From: Marsupella aquatica
Taxonomy: Eukaryota; Plantae; Marchantiophyta
Length of the DNA stretch: 64,000 nucleotides
Assembly (NCBI GenBank): GCA_973895155.1
Contig: OZ316897.1
Span: forward strand, 17,404,058 to 17,468,057
Direction: 5' to 3'
Shown here: positions 11,701 through 23,800 of the stretch, piece by piece
Position numbering within the stretch: the first letter of the stretch is position 1
How the letters are laid out: each line of letters begins with the position of its first letter
Notes under the pieces: model-generated
The model's database searches: none
What the model saw: only the letters and a program-made list of their open reading frames with translations
What the model was told of the DNA's origin: nothing
Position numbers and translations under genes: made by a program

Positions 11701-14700
11701 CTGCTACCAAAATGATCAGCTTGCTTCAACCTTCAACTTGAGCTATAATGTGTGATCCCTCCCGCACCGTATAGCTCACACTGTTGAAAAATGCAAACTC
11801 CACTAGTAGAAACCGGGGCAATTTAGACCATACCTTATAGGACTAAGCCCACTAAGTCCTTTTTCCATACTTGAAACGACTCGCACCCATTGCACCAGTT
11901 TTGTTGAAGACTACAAAAGACTATTAGTGTTTTATGGTTCACTAAAAGACTATGAGAAGTAACCTTGCTACTTTGTGAACGGTGAATAGTCTAGCACATC
12001 ATGGGTAATGTTCACTTATGTTGAGGAGGGGTAATTCTGTAAAGAGGGAGATAGCAAGGGGCATAACTCAATAAATGGCCTTATTTGTGACAAAAAAGGT
12101 TTTGGAGTGAGGTTCATGGAGGGTGGACTACGGAGGGATCGATTACTAACTCCATCAATAAAAGGCCAAGATGCACAAAGGTAGATTTGTACCGGTCTCA
12201 AGGGGGTGTGGGTTTAGGGTTAGGGGGTTGTCCAGGCAAAGAACACTCGATTGAAATAGTGACGCAATGGTTTAGGGTAAAGGAACATGTTTAGGGACCC
12301 TAACTTGTTTGCTGCCTTGGGAGGATCTTGAGAGCCTGAGCTTGCAAGCGGCATGCACTCTAAAAATGGCCCTTGGCATTGCAAAGATAGTCTGGCCACA
12401 GTCGAGTTGTGAAGACGTTTAGGGGGTTTATATGTCAAGGCTAGGGGGTGGCTGGGTTTTCACTAAAGGGGGTTTAGGGGGGTTTGATGTCAAGGGTCGG
12501 GGGTTGCATGTTAAGGGGATGGGGGTTTAGGAACCATTGGATCGTTGGCATCATGTCCATTGACATCATGTTCCCCATCATGTCCATTGACATCATATAT
12601 GTCGGGAAAGATAATTGACAAATTATTCATGAGGGTAGGCAATTTGGACAATGTTCAATTGTGTTCAGGAGGGGTAATTGCATAAATTAAGAGGGTGATG
12701 ACAAGGGGCATCACTCATTAAATGGCCTTATTTGTGACCAAAAGAGGTTTGGTTTAATGAAGTTCGATCACCACAGATATTTGCTAAGGCCAAAGTATTT
12801 GTTTAGCGACACTACACTAAGTTGTCACTCACAACACTTGAGTGAATGGAGGGGGTTTATGGAGGGTCAGGATAATCTTGCCGTTACCATGTCGGCAACA
12901 CCAGTGACTTTGGTAAGGGTATCCCAAGCTAGGGGCCTGTATCGCTTGCAGTACCGTTTGGACACCCGAGTCGCGCGACCGTTGGAAGGGAACAAGCCGG
13001 TTATGCAACTTTGCTTACACTTAGCAGGTTGTTGATGTGTTTAGGGATCCCGCCACATTCCCAACTTGCGGAGCAAGGTTTATTGTGTTCTCTTGGTGGG
13101 ATCGGGAGTTTAGGGATTGGAGCAAGGTTTTATCGTGTTCTCTCGATGGGATTGGGAGCTTAGGGATCGGAGCAAGGTTTTCCGTGTAATCTTGGTGGGA
13201 ACGTCTCTACAGTGAGGTTTAGTGTTCCCATTTTCTTGTGGTCGGCTCTGTGGAATCCGAGAAGAGGGATCGGGAGTTTAGGGATGCTGCAATGACCGGC
13301 TCTCGAAGGGTGAGGTGAGACAACCTATTCAACGCCCTTTTGCTGCACCCTTAAGCTGTTGAGCTGCCATTGAGCTGGTGAAGCTGCATGCGGGTTGCAT
13401 CTGTTCTACGGGCGCACTATCTGCCTGGTTTATGGATTGTGGACTTTGTGGGGAGCGACAATCGGTAACAACGTGAAGGCCATCAGAGGCTGGGCAAAGC
13501 AGTTTAGGGTGCTGTGGTCGAGGAGGAGCTCACCACAAATTGGGGAGAAGACGTGGGTGACGAGCTGGGGGCGGGGAGGAGCTGCAGTCAGGGAGGATAC
13601 AGACCGTCTACAGAACGACTGGCAGTCGGAGCGGCGCAGGAGCTTAGAGTGGGCCAACGCCAGCTGAATACAAGCCAGGAGTTGCATAAGGTGAGAGTCC
13701 AAGTTTTGTGTTGCTTTAGTGTTCGAGCAGCGTGCTGCCATTTCAGCCATAGTGCACCGCCTTTGAAGCTCCCATTGTCAGGGCTGGTAAGACATCACGG
13801 CTACATTGCTTTTCTTTGTTGTCCTCTGTCTTTTTGTGGGGACAACCTACTTGATTTGAGCTGCGCAAATCGTCATAAGTTAAGGCATGCGTCATGCCAT
13901 CTGGATAGTGTGCCACCGAACTGTGGGAGGATGAGCAACGCGTGGCTGTAAGCAGGTATTCTGTCAGCACAGGCGAGACTTCATTGTTAAAATCCTATTG
14001 CCTGCAATGTGTCTTGTAATGTGTTTTTCCTCATTCAATCAGGAGCTGAGAAGGGTATTGTTAGGCTTCAATTACTCTGTGTTTTTCTCCAGCTCCATGG
14101 TACAGTTTGTGCTTTGTCTGGCGCCCATGCTCCGTCGATCGTAGAGCTAGGTCAACCGAGCTTTGAAGAGGGAGGCTGTGGGAGCTCCTTACTGTGCTGC
14201 AGCTGCTCTTCAATCAACGGTGTAGAGATTGTAGCTACGATCAGTGTTTGCGGAGCTGCCAGCCGGGTGCTTCGATAGTAGAGAAGAGCAGCCACAGTGA
14301 TTCAGTCCTTCTCCTATGTGCAACCAAGGACCCCCTGTGCATCGTAAAGTGTGACCTCGGAGCTGAGCTGCGCACTGTCTCTATTACATGCCTTGTTGTT
14401 CTCTATTACATGCCTTGTTCTCCCGTCCACTATTTCCTGTGATTTTCTTTCTTCTAGAAGAGAATGGTGATTTCTTCTTCAATCAAACAAAACCCCACCC
14501 AACCACCACCCAAGAACGTGGGGTGCGCGCTTCTCAATCCTCCTCAAACTGGCCCCAAGTCTGCTGAAACCCCATATATTACCCACCGGCACCAAGGGTC
14601 CAGTCCCAACCCGTCTTCCGCTTGCCACCCTCCTCACTCTCTCGCGCATCTATCTCCCGATATTTCACGCACAGCCGAGCCCACCAAAAGCTCTCTCCCT

Positions 14701-16606
14701 ACAATCCCTCCTAAATCAACTTTCTCGTTTCCTGTTGCTGCTGATGTATGTTTGTTCTCCCCTATTTTTGTTTACTGATTGGTCTCTCCACACTTCCTGC
14801 TTGACATTACTGTTTTGCTCCTCCTGGATCCAAACATGCCTTGTGCCCCGTGCTCCAACCTGCATCCTTTTCTTTACTGAGGGGGGGACCACAGCCTCCA
14901 GCCATACCTTGTGGCAGGCCTGGTCAAGACGGTGGTCGGTAGCTCGTTTTTGCTTTTTTCTCTTTTGTTTCCCAAGCTTCTGGGCGAGGGCATTACCATT
15001 CTGGATTCTCCGCGAGGCGCCACTAGCTTTTTTTCTCGGTTGCCCGTGTGCCTGCCTTCTTAGTTTTGTTTTTTCCTCAAGTGACCGGGCCATCGCTGTA
15101 TGCAGATTTTTCTTGTTGTATTCATGTACAATATTTTATTGTTCTATCTAGGTTGTGGCAAGCCAACAAACTGTTGACAACCAACATGGAATAACAACTA
15201 TGCAGTGCAATGGCAGAGGACACTGTCCAATATAGGAATGACATGGTTATGTTTTCAATTCCCTGCTTGGATGAGGCGTGGTGTTGCTTGTAATCATGTA
15301 TTTCTTCACACTAGAAAAGCAGTCTGTCGGATGAGGTTGTCGGGATTGTTTGTGGGTCAGTCATCTTACGGACACCTAGCAACGTCAAATGAATGGTGGA
15401 AACGGGCCATGTTGTCATTTTGAAATTTGTCTTTCCTTTTGCCATGCTACCCAATCATTTTGTTAGTCCATGAGTCATAGATTCATAGATTCTATGTTTT
15501 GTGCTTTGTCTAGAATGCTATGGCGCCCATGCTACAATTTGTGGTTTTTGTCTAAGCACAAATCCTCTCTGTGCCTGGTCTCTGTGTACCGTCATTTGGA
15601 TTGATTGTGCAGACGTTTCCTCTTCTCCCAGTCCTTGTCATCCACCAGCCAAAGCACATTGGATTGTTTTCAAAGGAGGGCTGTGTAGTTCGGAGGGTTT
15701 GATCTATGCAGCGGATTTGAGCAGATTGGCGGTTGTTAGTTTCTTCTTGTAAAACCTGTCTGTCTTTTCTGCTTTTGGCCATGCTCCTTCACTTGTTGCT
15801 GCAAGCTCAATGTGCTTCAGCTATGGCAATATTCACTTACCCTGTCCCAACGGCACTGCCATGAGCTGTAGGACAGCCAACAGAAGCAGATTGTATCAAT
15901 TGCATGTAAGTCAGGGTATTTTATGTATTGCGGAACAACTGTCCAAGTATGCTGCAATGGTCCATCTTGCAGAGCTGAATGAGCCAATTTCATTTTCCCT
16001 GTGCACTTCTATTTCTCAGAGAATTCCCTGGTCATGCTCATTTCCCCCAGAGTTAGAAAACAAAGAAGAAGAGCTGACTAATTGTAATTCCAATCCATAT
16101 CCTGATCGGTCAAGGATTGTTCACTACATTGGCCTTGTCATTGGCCGAGGTCACCAAATTTTGCTTGGTTTCATTCCTGTGGAGCACTGCTGTGATGGAT
16201 TTGTCGTAGCATTCTGCAAACTCTCACGGTTTGCTTATGGCCATTATTTGCAATTTGCTGCTACTAATATGTCTTCTTCTAAGCAGCATACACCAGAAGT
16301 AAGCAATAGTGGAGGTTTAACTGCACATCAACACATCTAGTGAACTACCTCTCTGCTGCTCACTGGAGGGTGAGACTTTCACTCTTTCTGGATATTGTAG
16401 TTTGTAAGCAAGTTGATTAGGAGTGTTTCATGCTATGTTTACACTGTGACCCCTAGCTGGAACCAATGGAATGACACAGTGAGTGGGAACTGATAATTTA
16501 AGGTTGGTTGCTGTTGGTGAGGCAAGTACAGCTCCTGCTCACCTTGCTGATCGAAGGTGCTTATCAGAGGACGTGAACACACGACATCTCCACAAAAGCA
16601 ACACTT

Positions 16607-17056
16607 ATGGTGAGGACCCGCAACGCTGAACATGTGCGGCTTGCACGCAAGGCAGAGATGTTGCGCCTTGAGTATGTCAGACTTGGGATCCTTCCAGCCC
16701 AGTCTGCATGGTACTTTGAGTACCCAGTTGTTGCCAGGAACAACTACAGTCGGCCTGTACCTGCTTCTCCACCCTTCCCAACATCCTTGGTATTTCTGTC
16801 TCTTGTACATGACCCGCCACAAATTAGGGCCCAAGGGTGTGTGCACAGTTGCCAATATGACTGTCCTGCCTGTAGGGCTTCTGGCCTAGAGTTGGATGAC
16901 CGTTCTCTTGGATGTCGGTTTTTTCACAGAGCACAATGTATCATCTGGAACCACTCGCCATCCTGCAGTGTGCCTGGCAATGTCACTTGTCCTGCCCTCC
17001 CAGACCCCACCACCGGTCACTTTGGTGTCTACACATGTTTGGATCACACGCTCTAG
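16607..17056 (+). CDS. Cys/His-rich hypothetical protein, possible degenerate zinc finger
   Basis: 149-aa ORF MVRTRN...CVHSCQYDCPACRASG...GCRFFHRAQC...VYTCLDH; co-oriented with the cargo cassette. Confidence 0.4.
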   Translation: MVRTRNAEHVRLARKAEMLRLEYVRLGILPAQSAWYFEYPVVARNNYSRPVPASPPFPTSLVFLSLVHDPPQIRAQGCVHSCQYDCPACRASGLELDDRSLGCRFFHRAQCIIWNHSPSCSVPGNVTCPALPDPTTGHFGVYTCLDHTL

Positions 17057-17725
17057 AGGACCACTTGTCACACCACATGCACAAACCAGAGACCATTGAC
17101 CTATAACTTAACACTTTGACTTGAACAGAGAGGATATTTACTTAAGATTTTGAATTATGACCAATTTTGGGTCCAGGGTTTAGGGTCAACAGTACATAAC
17201 TTATCCTATTATGGCTGCACTAAGTACAATATCCTAATTTAAGAGGCTAGCAAGCTCACTTAAAAGTCTCCTTTCAAAGACTGGAATTAATGGGCCATGT
17301 GATAACCTGGAAAAAGTGATTTATGCCTAACTTATTTGTCTCATTCACTATCATAGCCTATTTAGGATGTATAAATTACAACCCTGATCACACTGCTTGA
17401 TACCAATCCTGTTCAAAAAATGCCTGTTTTACATGTCACGACTGTTATATGTGATTCAAATGCATTAAATCTTGTTGCAGATCTCCTTTGGTGAATCATA
17501 GCCACAAAATTGAGGTGTAGGTGGAGCTATTGTACGAGGGGATCAGTTTTTAGTGTGGGCTCAACAAACCAAAAAGTATGTCTACTCTGCACATGTGTGT
17601 GAACATTTCATTGCAGTAGCAATTGCCACTCTAGTCTATATGCTACACTGTACTTTTTGTACACTGCACTAAATTGTATTGTCTGTGCACTCTGCTAAAT
17701 TGTACTATCTGTCTCATGCGTAGGC

Positions 17726-18406
17726 ATGGCACGCCCTAAAATCCGAGCCAAGAAGCGGGGGACAGAGGTGAGCAACACAGGTGTAGTTGGGCCAGATGGT
17801 AGTAACTTCTCCGCAAGTCAGATTTTCCAGAAGGCAGCTCATTGTTGTGCCATTTGTGACGATGGTGGTGACTTAGCCATATGTGAGGGCCCTTGCATGA
17901 GGCATTTCCACCTCAACCCGGAGTCTGACCTTGCTGCAGAAAACAACTGTCCAGGGGTGGGCCTCCCGTCAGCACACCAAGGAGGCTGGATGTGCACTGA
18001 TTGTTTGGAGAAGCAGGCTAAGTGTGCACAGTGTGGGAAGTTGGGGTCTTATGAGGGCTCTGTTGATGCTCCACCACTTGTTAGGAAATGCCCTGACAGA
18101 TATTGTGTGAGGTTCTTTTGTTTTTCATGTTTGCCCGATCTTGCCACAGCTTGCCCACTTCATAAGTGCAAGGCATGTGGTCAGCACGATGAAGATTTCT
18201 GGGTGGACATAGTCCACTGTGTTAGGTGTCCCACCATGTGGCACTTTCATTGTTTGAAGGAGCGTCAAGCAGAAGGCTATGCTTGTGACAGACACATCTA
18301 TGATCACTCTGCACATGGTGTTGATCGATGGATCTTCTATTGTCATCGCCATGCCATAGATCCTACTTTGCACACTCCCATGAGAGATCACATTTCTTGG
18401 CTTTGA
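17726..18406 (+). CDS. Stand-alone EDM2/NSD-type composite PHD-finger protein (TE cargo)
   Basis: CAICDDGGDLAICEGPCMRHFH...C..C...CAQCGKLGS...CPLHKCKAC...HCVRCPTMWHFHCL...IFYCHRHAIDPTLHTPMRDHISW follows the recalled EDM2 PHD region (CAICDNGG..CCEG.C.RSFH...CPLHKC..C...CRRCP..YH..CL...IYC..HEID..L.TP.RDH). Basic N-terminus RPKIRAKKR. Acceptor AG at 17722-17723. Confidence 0.85.
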   Translation: MARPKIRAKKRGTEVSNTGVVGPDGSNFSASQIFQKAAHCCAICDDGGDLAICEGPCMRHFHLNPESDLAAENNCPGVGLPSAHQGGWMCTDCLEKQAKCAQCGKLGSYEGSVDAPPLVRKCPDRYCVRFFCFSCLPDLATACPLHKCKACGQHDEDFWVDIVHCVRCPTMWHFHCLKERQAEGYACDRHIYDHSAHGVDRWIFYCHRHAIDPTLHTPMRDHISWL

Positions 18407-19006
18407 ACCTGAATAATGTACATGCATAGTGCACCTGATGTGGATACCTTGGAGATTGCAGACATTCCAATTTTGAGAAGAAGGACCTCTGTAGGAGAGG
18501 ATGCTTAGGCAACAAGTACCCTAAGTTCATTACTTGTTCCTGGGTACATGCCTTCAAAATCTCCCCTTAAGCCTTCTAGGAACTTTTTTAACTCTGCAAT
18601 CATTTTGATCACGACTTACATGACACTGCTTAAATTAAATCAGGACTTCTCATTATGAGCATATAAGTTACAAGGCTATTTAATTTGCGAGAATTCCCTT
18701 AAAGTGTACCAACATTTTGTATTCTCATTGAATGTCTGCCCCCATACGAAACATCTGTATGTGGCATCACAAAACAATTGCACTTGTCACCTTCAATATT
18801 GTGAAGGCACATATTCAAACTATGAAGTGCATGCTTGCAGGTGTCTAGTACGTTTGTCCCAATATTTCTCCCGTTTGGAATCGGAGCAGAGACTCACCAG
18901 ACGACTGGACTGGACCAAGTTATAAACGCAGCATTTTAAGGGCCCTCCGATTATCAGGTGAACGCATTATCTTCCGGTCTGCAGTGATTAGGTGGCCCGT
19001 GTGTAC

Positions 19007-19855
19007 ATGGCCTCTAGGAAACGTACAAATGTTGACCACCCGCCTTTGTTGGCTGGAATCAAAGCCATTTTGATTCCTGGCCACTATGGGTTCACCCAAG
19101 TGAGTTGGCCAATCGTACAAAAACGATTCTCAGAGTTCCATGGGACTGAAGTCAAGGACATCACTCCACAGACTACACATGTTGTTGCGGGGACATGGCT
19201 GGATGTGATGAACAAGTGGTCATGGTCCTTCATTGATTCTGCGATTACCAACCAAGGTCTAAAAGTAGTTGAAGTCTCTTGGCTGACCGATTCTGTTAAA
19301 CATAGGTGTGTACAGAGTACTGAGCAATATGAGTTGTGGGAGAGTGAGGAGGCCACTGCAGAGGCTTTGGCTGAAAAGGAAGCCTATGAAGCAGCGGCAG
19401 AGAAACCCAACTTTGCTTCTGTCCAATATGGACCTGTTGTCAACATAGGACACCATCCTATGCGTGCAGATGCTATATTGAATGAGCATGGCAAGGAGAG
19501 AAATACCATTATGAAGGGGTTCAGTGTGGTATTTGCAGAAGAAGGAATTGGGGAGACTAAGTGCAGACTGTACAAGTCTATAGTTGTTGAGCTAGGTGGG
19601 ACAGTGGAGGAGAGTCTAACAGAAACCTCCACTCATGTTGTAGGTCTGTCATACATGAAAATATGCAGAAAATTCTTTAAGACAACAGTGCGTGATTTTG
19701 TCATGAACAACAATCTTTGGGTGCTTTCCCCTGATTGGCTTCTGGAATCAGCAGCTAGAGGGAAGCGACAGAATGCTTGGGACTTTGATATTTTTGAGGC
19801 CTGGCCCTCCAAGATTCAGCGGAGATGTATGCTTAGCAAAGGTGGGAGAGAGTGA
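19007..19855 (+). CDS. Tandem BRCT-domain protein (TE cargo)
   Basis: Two BRCT repeats: ...HGTEVKDITPQTTHVVA...VVEVSWLTDSVK...EQYEL and ...LGGTVEESLTETSTHVVG...VLSPDWLLESAARGKRQN. First ATG 19007 (ORF track from 18992). Confidence 0.85.
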   Translation: MASRKRTNVDHPPLLAGIKAILIPGHYGFTQVSWPIVQKRFSEFHGTEVKDITPQTTHVVAGTWLDVMNKWSWSFIDSAITNQGLKVVEVSWLTDSVKHRCVQSTEQYELWESEEATAEALAEKEAYEAAAEKPNFASVQYGPVVNIGHHPMRADAILNEHGKERNTIMKGFSVVFAEEGIGETKCRLYKSIVVELGGTVEESLTETSTHVVGLSYMKICRKFFKTTVRDFVMNNNLWVLSPDWLLESAARGKRQNAWDFDIFEAWPSKIQRRCMLSKGGRE

Positions 19856-20031
19856 GGAGTAGGAGTCCCTCATATTTTTGTATAAATCACAATTTTGTAA
19901 TAAATGTGATCCTTGAACTAACTCATCTTGTCATGGTTGGTCGCAGTTGAAGTGATTGTTGTTTCCTGCTGCGTGGGGTGTGACTGTGAATCTACTTGCT
20001 GGGCTCTGTTTGGCTGAAGACTTTGGTGGGT

Positions 20032-20565
20032 ATGCTGCCTCTTCCAGACCGTCAGGCCCTGTGTAGGGTCCTCCTACGGGTTGCATCGTGCATGGCTACT
20101 GCTTGGGCTTACTTGTGTGGATTGGTAACCAGACAGAGTGTAGCTCCATCCGAGATAATGCCTGCAGACCTTGGATGTGTTGTGAATGCTGTGGTGAATG
20201 AGGATGCACAGTCGGAAGAGGACATTTACTTTTCAGCAGATGAGTTAGACAAGCACGATGCTGTAGGTGGTTCCTTGTTGCCTGATTTGGCAGATGATAT
20301 AGTTCTTACACATGTCTGGCCGAGGGTTCTTGTGGTGTCTGGCGCACAAGATATCTGCAAATATAGACTAATTAGTACCCAGTGGAGGGACTTGGTAGCA
20401 ACATGTGCACCATGGAGGGCACTGCTGCCACTGCTTGTAGGCACGGATCGAAGACCACCATGGCATGAGCAGGGTTTAGACCTTGATGACTTAATGTACA
20501 TGCCTGAGTACCTCAGGGCTGAGTGGCATCGACAACAAGATTGGTATCCGTATTTGATGTGGTAG
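20032..20565 (+). CDS. F-box motif protein (TE cargo)
   Basis: SLLPDLADDIVLTHVWPRV...ICKYRLISTQWRDLV fits the F-box consensus LP.LPDD+...+..R+...+R.VC+.WR.L+. First ATG 20032. Confidence 0.7.
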   Translation: MLPLPDRQALCRVLLRVASCMATAWAYLCGLVTRQSVAPSEIMPADLGCVVNAVVNEDAQSEEDIYFSADELDKHDAVGGSLLPDLADDIVLTHVWPRVLVVSGAQDICKYRLISTQWRDLVATCAPWRALLPLLVGTDRRPPWHEQGLDLDDLMYMPEYLRAEWHRQQDWYPYLMW

Positions 20566-20891
20566 TAAGATGAGGACATCTCACACCGGTCTCGCACCTG
20601 GCACCTGTGTCTATGACTATACATGATTGGACTCTGATATGGTCATGGATGTACGTGCAGAGGCAGTACATGTGAGGACAGCGGAGGAGTTGACATCCTC
20701 AAACATTTAGGAATTTTGTCTCATTCACTTGAGAATAGGTACATGACTCAGGCACCTATATTTTTTGTTTTTTTGTTTTTTTGGAACGTTACGTATTTTG
20801 GCAAGTACAGTCGGGGGTGAAATCCTTAACAGGAAGTGTATTTTTCACTTGCATAATAAAATGACAGGGTGCTGAGTGCGTGTGTATAGTG

Positions 20892-23800
20892 ATGGCTCCA
20901 AGGTTGCCTCTTCACAACCCATTTAGGATTAGGCATCATGATTCTAAATTGTGGATGCGTGAACAAGCCCGGGCCGCCCAAGGTAGGAGTAGGAGGATGA
21001 GATGCCCATGCACACAGTGCCAAGGATTCAAGTCATTGAGTTTGAACACTGTGCACCTTCACCTGCTGCGGCATGAAAGGCACCCTCGGTGGAGGGTTTG
21101 GAATGTACCAGCAGAAGAAGACTCCTCTGATGAAGAGTGGAGAGCTGACTTTGTGGATTCTAATACAGCTAGGCGTAGAGACTACGTAGAGCAGGACATA
21201 GACTGTGCAGAGGATGGTCCTGGGGTCCAACATGAGAACGTGGATGACCAAGATGGAGATGCAGAGGCAGTCACTGAGGACGGTGGGATGGATGTCCCAA
21301 GAATGGTTCAAGAGATTTTTGAAGACCTTGATGCTTTTTACGACACAGTGGAATCAGAAGAGGACAATGAACCGCAGCCACACATTGGCGACGGCCAAGC
21401 TGAACCTGACTTTGACATTGGGGAAGGTGCAGCAGAGAGGGAGTGGGTGTTTGGGGGCCCAAAACACATCAAAGAAGCTTGCATTCCTATCTACGAGGGG
21501 TCGAACTGCTCCAAGCTGGGTTTTGTCGTGTTGTTGTTGAACATCTGTGGCAATCACAATGTTCCCAATATATTTGTGACAGAGTTGTTGACCTTCCTGC
21601 GCCGAAATGTGTTACCAGATGGTAATTCAATTCCAAAAAATATGTACGAGGCTAGGAAATTGATGTCTAACCTTGGGCTGAACTATGTGTCTATTGACGC
21701 ATGCCCTGATGGGTGTGTTCTCTTTCGCAAAGAGCATGCAGATAAATTGACATGCCCTCATTGTGGTAAGCACAGGTACAAGAATGTAGGGAAATGTACA
21801 CACCCTGCCAAGGTTCTTCGTCATTTTCCTCTCATTCCTAGACTACAACGTCTGTTTAGATGCCCTGCCATTTCCAAGCTGATGACATGGACTCCTGATA
21901 ACAAGAGCAGTGATGGCCTGCAGCGTCACATTGGAGATTCCAACCATTGGAAATTTGTTGATGAGAGGTGGCCACAGTTTGCTGCAGAGAAGCGGAACTT
22001 TCGATTTGGTCTATCACTGGATGGAGTAAACCCATTTGGAGACAAAAACAACCGTTATTCATGTTGGCCGGTTACGCTGCTAAATTACAACCTTCCCCCA
22101 TGGATGACTACAAAGAGGTTTTTTGTCATGATGGTGCTGTTAATCCCTGGACCAGCTTCTGTGACCGAGCAATTCATAGATATCATGTTGGCTCCAGCAG
22201 TGGAAGAGTGGAAGACTTTGTGGATAGAAGGGGTGTTAACCCATGATGTTCTGAAGGGGCTTCTTCGACCCAGCCCCTTTAGACTGCATGCAATTTGTTT
22301 GCTGGATATAGCAGATTACCCAGGCTATGGCATCATATCTGGACGAGTGACAAAGGGCTATGTGGGGTGCACACCATGTGGGAAAAATGTGACAAGTGAG
22401 TGGTCGCATGCCCTGCACAGTATGAAATTTCAGGGGCATAGAAGGTATCTGCCTGTTGATCATCCTTACAGGCACACACGGTCTCAAATTGCACACTTCA
22501 ACAACAAAACAGAGCTTCGTGGCCCACCACAGAGGGTCACCAGAGAGCAAGTCCTGAGGTGGGCAGCCAGGAAGGCTGATTGGGACAAGAGAAGTGCCAC
22601 TGATCGAGAACCTGAGGATCCAGTGGTGAAACACGGTGTGAAAAGACAGACCTTGATGGACTTGGAGTTGGAGTACTGGAGGGTAATGTACTTAGCCTCC
22701 AGCCCCTGTATGATTGCAATTTTAGATTGGAGCAATGGTGGATTGATGTTGGTTACAATCCTCCTATGTGGTTAATTAGTGTTTCTGTTGTTGAATTCTT
22801 TGCTTTGTGGAGTGCAGGAATTCGAGCCCAGCAAACACAATGTGGACGTCATGCACATTGAGAAAAATATTTGTGAGAGCTTGCTGAAGTTCTTGTCGGG
22901 TGAGAAAGATACAGGAGCAGTTCGAGCTGATATGCAACAGAAGGGGATTCGCCCTCACCTTTGGTTGAAGCCCCATGCAAGCAATCCCAATGTACTTCTC
23001 AAGTTCCAAGCTCCCTATGTGTGCACACAGGATGAATGGAAGACATTCTTGTATAGATTGAGCTGTCTGAAAGTGCCCTCTGGCTATGCTGGTGCCTTCA
23101 AGAAGCATATTACAAAGAATAAACTTGGCAGTATGAAAACACATGACTACCATGTGTTGATGCAGCACATTCTGCCCCTATGCCTCAGAGGTCTCATGCA
23201 GAAACCAGTCCATAATGTCATTCTTCGACTGTGCAATGTATTTCGCCGTATATGTGTGAAAGTGTGGGATCCCCAAGGATTGGAGCAGTTGAAGCAGGAT
23301 GCTGCTTATGTCCTCTGTGACTTGGAGATATACTTCCCCCCTGCTTTCTTTGATGTTATGACTCATCTCCTAATCCATGTGGTAGAAGAGCTAGGGCAGT
23401 ATGGGCCAGTCAGTACCAGATGGATGTACCCTATGGAGCGATACATGAAGTTGTTGAAAGGTCATGTGAGAACATACTACAGGCCAGAGGCTTCCATGGC
23501 ATTGGGGTACATTAAGGATGAGACGTTGGGATTCCTAACAGAGTACATGGCTGGGTCTGGTGAAGCTATGACAAGAGTTTGGAAATCTGGTGAAGATGAT
23601 GGAGTGAGTGGCGAGGTTGTTGAAGGTGTGGGACGTGCTGTTCAGCTGCCTGTTGCGATTCGAGACAAGGCTCATTCATATGTGCTGGCAAACACAGAGC
23701 CTATGCAACCATGGTGGAGGTGAGTGATTGAATTGACTTGCCTTTGTTGTGATGCTTCTTGTCTGTTCCAAGGGTGATCTTAGGTTGTCATGTGTTGTTT

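Noticed and set aside
13300-16340. ORFs in the 5' part of CACTA element 2 (e.g. 13514-13951, 14716-15093, 15810-16340)
   Set aside because: No recognisable domain or consistent exon chain; cannot be supported as genes from sequence alone.
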